Made by a program: the position numbers and the translations under genes. Shown one piece after another: positions 53,125 to 61,130 of a stretch of DNA of 64,000 nucleotides. This DNA is from a virus (taxonomy: Duplodnaviria > Caudoviricetes). The notes beneath the pieces were generated by a model, which searched no databases, was not told where the DNA came from, and saw nothing but the letters and a program-made list of their open reading frames with translations. The DNA is taken from IMG/VR virus record IMGVR_UViG_3300026094_000002. One strand, given 5' to 3'. Positions within the stretch are counted from its first letter, which is position 1, and every line of letters starts with the position of its first letter.

Positions 53125-54150
53125 TTATAAATTGGGCAATATTAAGCCGCGATAATTTTGCTCGAAAACGGACTCTGCCATTCGTTGGCCCACAACAAAA
53201 TTATGATGTAATTTTTCTTCGTTCTTCGCAATATAGTCTTTAAAATGTTGTAGTGGTATTTTAGATAGCCTATCAATCTCGCCACAAACGTGTTCGATAC
53301 GTTCATGTGGATCTTCTATGTCATCATAGGATTCATCAATCAAATCTGGAAAACTTTCAAATCCCCATTTTCGCAAATCTTTTAGTGTATGTGGAGAACT
53401 CACTTCAATAAATGGTCGAGCAAGGTTAGCACATTTAATTAACTTTTCAGAATAACACGGTCCATGGCCATGAAATACAGTTTCACAATTTATGCTCACT
53501 GCACTTTTTATATGTGGCTGTAGGCTATCAAAAGACATCATCTGCCCAATGTGTGATCCAGCCTGTTCCTGCTCTGGCAATTCCGTATAATCACGTTCTC
53601 TTAAATTTAGAAAACGATTGAAGTTGTAGTACCACTCATGATAATCACACTTGCTATAACTCCAGTGTGTATTATCCAACAACTGTTTTTCTACTAAGAA
53701 TTTGTGTATGTAATAATTGTGGTCATGGCGACTACTACTTAACCGACAAAATGTTTTGTCAATGCTATCAAGGCGTAAATCGAAATCTGAGTTGATTTCA
53801 TATATTGGAGCAATTAGATGGCCGGGCCAGTATCTCCAAACTGAAAACCCATTTCTTTTAAAGATATTGTAGTAATACTCGTCATTGACAAATATTGGGA
53901 TATCTTTAAGACAACTATAAATTCTGTTTAATACAAAATCCCAGTCCCACTCTTTATATGACTCACAATTTTCTTCAAATATAAAGCATATATCTTCTTT
54001 TGGTACGGGTGGGATTTCTTGTCTTACGTCATTATAATTTTCAAAAATGCCGTCAAGTACCAGAGAAAACTCTGAGCGGTCTATTTCAATAGCATTTGGA
54101 AATTGTGCTTGAAAGGGATAAGCAACGGTAAATTCTCTGCGAAAATTCAT
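53125..54150 (-). CDS. glycosyltransferase-like hypothetical protein
   Basis: CETV....SEK..K......PF.......L..L..WGFESF..LIDESYD; TATAAATA upstream. Confidence 0.5.
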   Translation of the reverse strand: MNFRREFTVAYPFQAQFPNAIEIDRSEFSLVLDGIFENYNDVRQEIPPVPKEDICFIFEENCESYKEWDWDFVLNRIYSCLKDIPIFVNDEYYYNIFKRNGFSVWRYWPGHLIAPIYEINSDFDLRLDSIDKTFCRLSSSRHDHNYYIHKFLVEKQLLDNTHWSYSKCDYHEWYYNFNRFLNLRERDYTELPEQEQAGSHIGQMMSFDSLQPHIKSAVSINCETVFHGHGPCYSEKLIKCANLARPFIEVSSPHTLKDLRKWGFESFPDLIDESYDDIEDPHERIEHVCGEIDRLSKIPLQHFKDYIAKNEEKLHHNFVVGQRMAESVFEQNYRGLILPNL

Positions 54151-54156
54151 TAGTGA

Positions 54157-54164
54157 TATTTATA
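54157..54164 (-). promoter_or_regulatory. T4-type late promoter TATAAATA
   Basis: Exact consensus just upstream of the 54150 ATG; another at 61035-61042; TAAATA variants precede many genes. Confidence 0.75.
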
Positions 54165-54170
54165 GAAAAA

Positions 54171-54411
54171 CAGAAGCGGTGAACGAGTAATGAACAAAAA
54201 CAAAAGACATATGCTGATTAACCGTATCAGTGATCCAGCATAAACAATGCACAAATCACAATTTACAAACTGCTTATTTCCAAAGAACAATTTACAAAAT
54301 CAAATAATCACTTTGGAACACTGCAGAAAGTCACGTCATCAACGCGTTCTCTGTTAAAAAATAGTAAGAAAAAACTTACTGGGGTTCATCCTCACTTTTC
54401 AACCGCTTCTG
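54171..54411 (-). ncRNA. candidate ~240-nt multibranch structured RNA
   Basis: Closing stem CAGAAGCGGTTGAA/TTCACCGCTTCTG extended by GAGGATGAAC/GTTCATTACTC; internal hairpins AGTAAG/CTTACT, CAGAGAA/TTTCTG, TTCCAAAG/CTTTGGAA, TATGCTG/CAGCATA; no ORF. Confidence 0.7.
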
Positions 54412-54442
54412 GATGGTTTACCACTCAAAACAGGCTTAACCA

Positions 54443-55021
54443 TCAAAAATCGGAAATCATACCTAAACGAGCAAGAAGTTTTTCTTCATCTTCATCTAAC
54501 TCAATTTCAGTGTCAATGTTAGCAGCAAGAATCATTTCCTGTACTTCCTGCTTGGTACGTTTAAGGTTGGCAAGTTCTAAGCGATATTTGTCAATATCAT
54601 TATCAGTCAGAACGCCTGTGCTAATAGAAACACCACCAAAGCCACCATAATGGCTTGCTTCAGTAGATTCCTGACGCTTTTTAAGACGACCGTTCAAAAC
54701 AGTAGTTTTATCTTGTGGTCGGGCATTTGCAAACTGCGTGTAAAGTTGAATTTGCTTGTCAATCATTGCTGCATCTGCGAGGAGGTCAGAAATACCTTCA
54801 TCTGCATTTGCTCGTGCAACCTTCTTGCGAATATCAAGCATAACGCCAGTTAGTTTATCCCATGTTTTCAAGTGACCATCAAGATTGCTCTTGGCTGTCT
54901 TAACTTGGTCTTCTGCCCACTCATATTCATTAAGTGAAATTTCGGTAGAAAAATCTAAACGATTCATTTCTTCACGAATCTGTGTTTGAATAGCGTGTGC
55001 TTTGCGTAGATTAATTTTCAT
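54443..55021 (-). CDS. 192-aa coiled-coil protein, distantly DIP1984-like
   Basis: Start reassigned to MKINLRKAH because the track's N-terminus lies inside the tRNA-like RNA; helical heptads, C-terminal I.AANIDTEIEL. Confidence 0.7.
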   Translation of the reverse strand: MKINLRKAHAIQTQIREEMNRLDFSTEISLNEYEWAEDQVKTAKSNLDGHLKTWDKLTGVMLDIRKKVARANADEGISDLLADAAMIDKQIQLYTQFANARPQDKTTVLNGRLKKRQESTEASHYGGFGGVSISTGVLTDNDIDKYRLELANLKRTKQEVQEMILAANIDTEIELDEDEEKLLARLGMISDF

Positions 55022-55040
55022 AATGTTTCTCTCTTTTGTT

Positions 55041-55126
55041 TGGCACCCCCTGAAGGAATTGAACCTTGCACCTTCCACCCAACATTAAGGAAGCGGTTTA
55101 GAAGACCGCTGTCGGGAACAGGGGGT
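55041..55126 (-). ncRNA. tRNA-like RNA lacking a D-arm (anticodon loop CUUCUAA, UCU)
   Basis: Acceptor ACCCCCT/AGGGGGT-G-CCA, GCGGT/ACCGC anticodon stem, GGTTCAATTCC T-loop; only 9 nt where the D-arm should be. Confidence 0.75.
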
Positions 55127-55144
55127 AATGATTTAATATTTAAA

Positions 55145-55591
55145 CTAAGTGTCTTCTTCGCCTTTGTCTATAACAAAAGGTGCTCGAATTAGAATCTGTT
55201 CCATATCCACTTCCCAATCATGCTCACCACCAAAGATCCACTCCAAACCTGTAAGACCATCAGCGTCTTCTGTTTCACGAGTGCATAACTGTTCAATATA
55301 ATCTCGTTCTTCGGAATCAAATTCGCCATGGAATTCTACGGATACTGCGATAAGGTCGTCCAGTTCTGCTCCCCATCCATGTTGAGGGTCGCACACTGCT
55401 ACTTCTTCTTCCTCAACCCAATCCATGTCTTCTTCGGGAACAAATCCCTGACCCCAGCGGTAAGTCTCTGTGACATCAAACCCACGCACATTACCTTCAG
55501 GTGTTTTCTGAAACATCTCAACCAAATAATCCACTGATTTCTTTTCAAGTGGATGAATTCGTACTACGGGTTCTTCGGTTTCTTCAATCAC
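55145..55591 (-). CDS. acidic hypothetical protein
   Basis: 148 aa ORF, GTG start. Confidence 0.55.
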   Translation of the reverse strand: MIEETEEPVVRIHPLEKKSVDYLVEMFQKTPEGNVRGFDVTETYRWGQGFVPEEDMDWVEEEEVAVCDPQHGWGAELDDLIAVSVEFHGEFDSEERDYIEQLCTRETEDADGLTGLEWIFGGEHDWEVDMEQILIRAPFVIDKGEEDT

Positions 55592-55628
55592 AAATTTTTC
55601 CTATTTTTTTACTTTTAAAACCATTGAG

Positions 55629-55738
55629 AAGATGACTGACAGGGTGGAGTTGAACCACCGAGCGGAGCTACCTTTTTATCACCGGCCACCGGGTGCACGG
55701 GAATCGAACCCGGCTACTCCCATTTCAGCAGTCATCTT
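55629..55738 (-). ncRNA. 110-nt tRNA-mimic RNA with two T-loops (YrlA-like topology)
   Basis: 10-bp closing stem AAGATGACTG/CAGTCATCTT; CGGG-TTCGATT-CCCG and GGTGG-TTCAACT-CCACC arms. Confidence 0.7.
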
Positions 55739-55754
55739 GTCAATGATAACAATG

Positions 55755-55849
55755 TTTTAGAATAGAGACTGTTCGGTTTTTCCCTCTAAAGGTAAACTTC
55801 CTCCACCGAAAGGAACACCCTGCAGAGTGTTTCAGTCTCTATACTAAAA
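55755..55849. ncRNA. candidate 95-nt closed-stem RNA
   Basis: TTTTAG.ATAGAGACTG/CAGTCTCTAT.CTAAAA with internal AACAC/GTGTT and TTCGGT/ACCGAA arms. Confidence 0.55.
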
Positions 55850-55867
55850 AATTGCATTGATGACACC

Positions 55868-56015
55868 ATAACAATACACACTCATTTTTATTGCCCGATA
55901 GCCTAGGATTTGGCAGGGTCTGTATAGTGCAGTCGGGAAGCCACTCCCGATGGTTCTAGTACATTTACCGTTCATGTCTTGTACACTGAACGCAACCCTG
56001 AGTGTGTATCGTTAT
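55868..56015. ncRNA. candidate 148-nt closed-stem RNA
   Basis: 17-bp ATAACGATACACACTCA/TGAGTGTGTATTGTTAT stem; internal CAGGGT/ACCCTG and TCGGGAG/TTCCCGA arms. Confidence 0.6.
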
Positions 56016-56038
56016 ATTGTCTCCATATTTTTTTTAAA

Positions 56039-56116
56039 TGGTGGGACCACTCAGATTTGAACTGAGACTCACGCGTCTTATGAGGACGGGGTTTTAACCA
56101 ATTAAACTATGGTCCC
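56039..56116 (-). tRNA. tRNA anticodon CAT (Ile2 or elongator Met)
   Basis: GGGACCA/TGGTCCC-A-CCA, CGTC-CTCATAA-GACG, CTCAG-TTCAAAT-CTGAG; lacks initiator features. Confidence 0.9.
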
Positions 56117-56931
56117 AAAAACTTATGTTCATTCAATAGTTGCATTATACTATAATCATACAAATTGTCAACTACTTTTTTATCAATAACTACAAGATTT
56201 GCTGTTAATTGATTCCACTTTGCCCGATCTTGTTCTGTTTCAAATCCTTTTACTTCCAAATAAGAATCATACTCTGGCAAATAAAAATCTGGAAAATAAC
56301 GCCGTTCTTTGCCCTCAAAAATGTAGGGATAAGAACAATGTTCATATTGCCACTCTATTTTATTAAAGTCTAGCCACTCTGCGGTCTTAACTTCCCAATT
56401 ACCTTTTAAGAGAATTCCCCTGTATTCAATTTGTTTAACTCTACCAATAATGTTATTCACCGAATATGATTCAGGATAATCTTCAACGGCTTTCAACATA
56501 GATTTAGAATGATTAGACTTTTGTTCAGTCGTCCATACTCTTTTTTTACTCGCCTCTGATATTTTTTTTCTAGTTTCTTCGGAGACGACAGGCTTTGGCT
56601 GATTTAATCTTTCTGCTTTTAGAAACTGATTAGAACCTTTTCCCTCCTTACCTAACATTCCATATGAAGGTTTAACTTTTATTTTGTCGGGGTTTTCTTT
56701 ACACCGTATTTCATGCTGACGCAAAGATACTTTTGTTTTATAAAGTTTACCACAATATTGACAATTGGCATTTATTACTGGATTGTTATTTTTTCTTGAT
56801 GCATAACGATTTTTACTCTCAATGCCTTTTGAAACCTTTCTTACCAAACTATATGATACTCCTAAAATTTCTGGAATATCTTTTTTGAGGTAGCCTTGAT
56901 TTACTAACTTTATTATTTTTTGATGGATCAT
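56107..56931 (-). mobile_element. free-standing homing endonuclease-like gene (HTH + Cys/His finger + PD-(D/E)xK)
   Basis: CQYC..H...C, NUMOD3-like VSEETRKKISEA, WE......LD...I.W.YE, YFPDFYLP...YLEVKG. Confidence 0.75.
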
Positions 56932-57011
56932 ACAATATTATTTATTGCTGATCTGCTCTAACTAAATTAAGTTACGATTTTAATATTAAATTGTAAAAGA
57001 ACTTTATTATA

Positions 57012-57245
57012 TTATACAGGTTTATTATTCTTTGTCAATACTTTTAAATCATCATCACCAAAAATATTTGGAGCTTGTTCTCCAGCACTGTCCATTTCAT
57101 GATGACGAGGATAGTGCTTTAACAACGAACCAGCCTGACGACGAACGTTTGCTGGTACTCGTGGTGTTTTTTGAGGGTCGAGCAAATCCTTTAAGAACTG
57201 CTCGGTATTTGTTACCGCTCTTTTTCTTTCAAATGGTAAGGTCAT
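57012..57245 (-). CDS. conserved small phage protein
   Basis: MTLP.ER.RAV...FL.DL.DP..TPRVP...R..A..LLKHYP. Confidence 0.6.
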   Translation of the reverse strand: MTLPFERKRAVTNTEQFLKDLLDPQKTPRVPANVRRQAGSLLKHYPRHHEMDSAGEQAPNIFGDDDLKVLTKNNKPV

Positions 57246-57251
57246 TATATG

Positions 57252-57686
57252 TTATCCTTTAGTATCAACTGGCAATAAACCAGCGGCTTCCATTAACATA
57301 CGTTTAACTCTAACATTAGGCAAACGATAACGAAAGCATTCGTCAAATCCCATCATTTCTGCTACTTCAACAACAGCACCAGAACGACAGGCTCCTACCA
57401 CACAATGTACTAAAACATCTTGTTCATTGTCAAGAGCGGTTTTTAGTATCTCAACAATTTGTTGTGCTTGCTCTGTTGAAATTAACTGTTCTTCTGGAAA
57501 ATATTGTGTTGGATTGTCCGCATCAAGAAATGCAAACTGGTGCTTTTCAACAAATACATCTTCGGCAGGTTCTGGGTATACAGGATCTGGTGGATCAGAA
57601 ATCTGAATCAACACCGAACCAATGGGAGATATACGATGATTGCCACGCTGCACATCATGAAAAGAACAATTTTCTATTTTTGGCAT
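57252..57686 (-). CDS. protein-tyrosine/dual-specificity phosphatase-like
   Basis: HCVVGACRS CX5R P-loop; FLD general-acid loop. Confidence 0.8.
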   Translation of the reverse strand: MPKIENCSFHDVQRGNHRISPIGSVLIQISDPPDPVYPEPAEDVFVEKHQFAFLDADNPTQYFPEEQLISTEQAQQIVEILKTALDNEQDVLVHCVVGACRSGAVVEVAEMMGFDECFRYRLPNVRVKRMLMEAAGLLPVDTKG

Positions 57687-57688
57687 TT

Positions 57689-58687
57689 TTATCTGTCATT
57701 TAAATACCGGAAATTATATATTAATTTGTCAACATTGTCAACGTGATTATAATTTTCAATCATTCGCTGTTTTACTGATTCATTTTTAAAACGTTCTATA
57801 CTGCCAGTCATTAATTCTTTATTACTCTCTAACATTTTCCATATTCTTTTTACTGGGTGTATTTCATATTGATAATCAGTGTTTATAATATCATCAAAAA
57901 TGTGAAAGCCTAATGCTTCTAGTTTTTCATATATTTTATATCCACTTACTATAGGAATAGTCAAACCTTTTATTGCATAGATATACTTTTCGCTTAATGA
58001 ACAAGAATTGTCAAGGAAGTCAGGCTCTAACACCAAACTAAAAAAAGTTTTAGAAAAAATTTTTGGATTAAAATATTGGTAAAATCGTTGAGCATTGTCT
58101 TTGTATGTCAGAGAAGAATAAAAATTAATCCATCTTTTTGGCAATTCACTGTATTCTTTAATACTATTTTTATTGTCTAAAAAATCAATATAGTTTCTTG
58201 CAGAAGATCGGTGATTTGATGATTGGCATCTTTGTGTGTAGAGCAAATTTTTTAAATTAACATTGTTTAGCAACCAGCAACTTGTGATTTCTCTGTGTGG
58301 TCTACCTTTATTCATTAAACAATTTAATGGGATATGTTTTTTCTTAATTACATCATCAACTGAAAATTGGTGATTAATGTTATTGTCTTTTTCATACTTC
58401 AAAAAATCTTTTACATCAGAAATGAATAGACTTGGATTAAAATACCCATTATCTTTAAAATCATCGTAATACAAGTAATGATCAAATACAAATTGTTTTT
58501 CTCTGTAATCCACGCCATGTTTATCAAAATAATATTTTATAGAATTAGAATTGTTAATTCTGAAGTCTAATTCAACACATTCAACAAAATTATCCAAATC
58601 TGGTATATGATCTTCTACATAATAAACCTCTGCTGTTAAATCTATCTCTTTAGTATCTGGTGTTATGGTAAAAGTTTTTTTGTTCAT
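57689..58687 (-). CDS. AT-rich glycosyltransferase-like hypothetical protein
   Basis: CLMNKGRPHR, LVLEP....LSEK......PI......L..LGF.IF.DII..DY. Confidence 0.5.
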   Translation of the reverse strand: MNKKTFTITPDTKEIDLTAEVYYVEDHIPDLDNFVECVELDFRINNSNSIKYYFDKHGVDYREKQFVFDHYLYYDDFKDNGYFNPSLFISDVKDFLKYEKDNNINHQFSVDDVIKKKHIPLNCLMNKGRPHREITSCWLLNNVNLKNLLYTQRCQSSNHRSSARNYIDFLDNKNSIKEYSELPKRWINFYSSLTYKDNAQRFYQYFNPKIFSKTFFSLVLEPDFLDNSCSLSEKYIYAIKGLTIPIVSGYKIYEKLEALGFHIFDDIINTDYQYEIHPVKRIWKMLESNKELMTGSIERFKNESVKQRMIENYNHVDNVDKLIYNFRYLNDR

Positions 58688-59298
58688 TTTATAAACGCCC
58701 CAATACGTCCATGAACTTCTGGGTCATGAACAAAAGTATATCTACTTGGTGGTATTGTACTCTCTCCCTCCCATACTGGAATGTATTCCAATTGCCCCCA
58801 ACGAAAGTCAGGATTGTGTCTAAGATGTACTTCAGTTAATTTTCCACCAATAAACTCACAATTGACATACGGATATTCTTTTAAAAAATTTAAAATTTTG
58901 GGGAGTGACACATCATCATTTGTTTTGACCCATTTATCCCAAATAGAAAGATTATGTGCTGCATCCGATAAATTGTTTTTATGCCCTTCAACGCATAAAA
59001 CTTGTTTCCCGTATGAGTAATCAACTGATAGATGCCTACCCGAAAACCATTCACACCAAAAGTGCCCAAATGAGTATTCGTCAGTTTTACTATCTATCCA
59101 CGCTCGTTGAGCACCCAAGCCAAATCCCATAATATGCACACATGGACGAACAATATACCAACCGGGTTGCGGAACAGATATGCCAACTGGACCAGAGGAA
59201 TACCCACACTTTTTCGCAAGAATTAACTTGTCAAATATCCATAAATGTTCAGTGGGTACTTTGTCCCATACCCAGTCATCGTCAATAGAATCATGCAT
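58684..59298 (-). CDS. ATP-grasp-like hypothetical protein
   Basis: Probable start MHDSIDDD; VRP, EWFSGRH.SVDY, N.EFIGGK..EVH.R. Confidence 0.5.
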   Translation of the reverse strand: MHDSIDDDWVWDKVPTEHLWIFDKLILAKKCGYSSGPVGISVPQPGWYIVRPCVHIMGFGLGAQRAWIDSKTDEYSFGHFWCEWFSGRHLSVDYSYGKQVLCVEGHKNNLSDAAHNLSIWDKWVKTNDDVSLPKILNFLKEYPYVNCEFIGGKLTEVHLRHNPDFRWGQLEYIPVWEGESTIPPSRYTFVHDPEVHGRIGAFIK

Positions 59299-59452
59299 TG
59301 GAATATTTATAGAGAAAAAATACCCGTGCCCACTAAAATAACCTCGAATAATTGAGGAGAAAAGTACAATGCTGCACGGCCAAATTGTGGGTTTGTTTTT
59401 CTTTTTGAGAAGTCGTGGCCATTGCAGCCACGACACAATATCCCAAGTTTCT

Positions 59453-60610
59453 TTATGCTGCCTTCTTTTTACTTTCTACAAACTTATATGAGCGGTTGCA
59501 ACGACCGATTTCCATATGAATGTAAAAAGCAGTGTCAAAGTAATCAACCATGGCATCAGAGTTGTTATACCATGCCCGACCACCTTCTGCATTTGCTGGT
59601 GCAGTCTTGATGACATCAAGAATTTCACCAAGAAGATACTGATGATCCCCATAGTTATAAAGATGATGGTGGTTGACCTGTATGTAACCACTGAAGTTGA
59701 CGATATCTCCAGTGATGAAGTTACGTAGTTCAATATCAGAAAAATCACAATCACCAGAAAGAATGGATACAGTAACTGCAAGACCATCATCTTTCCGTAC
59801 AGAAAACTTCATTGTCGGGAACCAGTTCTTGAGTTCATTGCGAATAGCACGGACTTCTTCGGTAGTGATGTAAGCCATTTTCGTTGCCTCTTTTTTTAAC
59901 CAACAAGGATAGTATATCAATACTACTGTAGTTCTGCAAGGGTTTTTTCAAATTCGGCTTTCATGACATAGATTGCATCGAGTGCCCGTTCACGCTCTTC
60001 TTTGTCTTCAATGAGCATATACTTTGCAATATTGCTGTCACAAGCATCAATATAAGACTGAATGGTTTCTTTCATGACTTGTTGCCTCTGCTTTGCCTTA
60101 AGTCTGAGTACGATTATACAGACTACCACAAAGAAGTCAACAGTTAGATATGTTTGCGTTTAGTTTTTATACGCAATATTAGTTGCGTTTAGAATCATCA
60201 ACAACTTCTACATCAACATACTCAGAGTAGTACCCATTTGATGACCCATACCAACGAATAGTCACAAAACCTTTATTTGTGGCGAATTTGTAAAATGTCC
60301 ATGTATATGATTCATCATATTCATTTAGCGGGCCTTCGTCATCACGGTTACTGACTTCTTCTGCCTGAAGTAGTGGAGAACCAATTAAGTCATCTAAGTC
60401 ACCACAAACGTCTTCAATAAACACATCTTCACAGCAGTCTTGTTGATGATACATATGAACATATACTGCATCGCTTAGATACAATTTTAGTTCATCATGC
60501 TTTTTATCAATGTGAGTAATACAATGACCTAACAAGTCATCAAACTTTTCAACTGGTCCAACAAGATGATTAAATGTTTCCAAGGTATTCATGATTAACC
60601 CTCGTATCAA
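59453..60610 (-). other. small ORFs 59453-59878, 59923-60129, 60179-60610
   Basis: RBS and promoter supported; 60179 has HQQDCCEDV.IEDV.GDL. Confidence 0.55.
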
Positions 60611-61029
60611 GGTTTGCGGGTCATTTCTTGTGCACCACTCTCATCTGGCTCAAATCCAAACCGTTTATACCAATTTTTTAACTGACTTGTCTTGGTTGAT
60701 GCATACCCCTTGGCATACAAATGGAGTGGTACTTTGTGTTTTTCAGACAATCTTATGAGATATTGAAGTGCTCTTGTGCCAGCACCAGAACCGGGTTCAT
60801 GAGACTGAATATTTTTAATACGAACTCCGTCACCATCGTATTCTATTACTACATGAGCATTGCCAATAATTCTGGCGTTATTGTTGAATGGGTGCTGAGA
60901 CGTGTTGGCAATCAGTTCTCTCATAAACTGGTCACCACGCTTTCTATTTTCTTCTCCCTGTGCCCCCTGTGGGCCAAACCCACGAAGTTTGATTCTGTTA
61001 TCTGTAATATATTGTTTAGGATTAATCAT
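60607..61029 (-). CDS. GNAT-like acetyltransferase
   Basis: IQS..PGSGAGT..L motif A; L..WYKRFGF motif B; TATAAATA promoter. Confidence 0.7.
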   Translation of the reverse strand: MINPKQYITDNRIKLRGFGPQGAQGEENRKRGDQFMRELIANTSQHPFNNNARIIGNAHVVIEYDGDGVRIKNIQSHEPGSGAGTRALQYLIRLSEKHKVPLHLYAKGYASTKTSQLKNWYKRFGFEPDESGAQEMTRKP

Positions 61030-61044
61030 TTTGATATTTATAAA

Positions 61045-61121
61045 TGGTTCGGGAAGACGGAATCGAACCGAGTCATCTCTGGATTCAAAGTCCAGCGTTC
61101 TGCCAATTAAACTATTCCCGA
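61045..61121 (-). tRNA. tRNA-Gln(TTG)
   Basis: TCGGGAA/TTCCCGA-A-CCA, CTGGA-CTTTGAA-TCCAG, GGTTCGATTCC. Confidence 0.93.
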
Positions 61122-61130
61122 ATAAAATCG

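Noticed and set aside
55022-55078. Track N-terminus MEGARFNSFRGCQTK of ORF 54443-55078
   Set aside because: It is the T-arm and acceptor of the tRNA-like RNA; the RBS-supported start is 55021.
55041-55126. Amber suppressor (CUA) reading and stop-codon reassignment
   Set aside because: Stem register centres UCU, not CUA. Known enzymes (coxA, lipase, TilS) are full length in the standard code, and TAG terminates genes at expected positions.
55900-55930. Cobalamin riboswitch (AGACCCTGCC resembles AGACCTGCC)
   Set aside because: No B12-box or GGGAA core, and it is not upstream of a gene.
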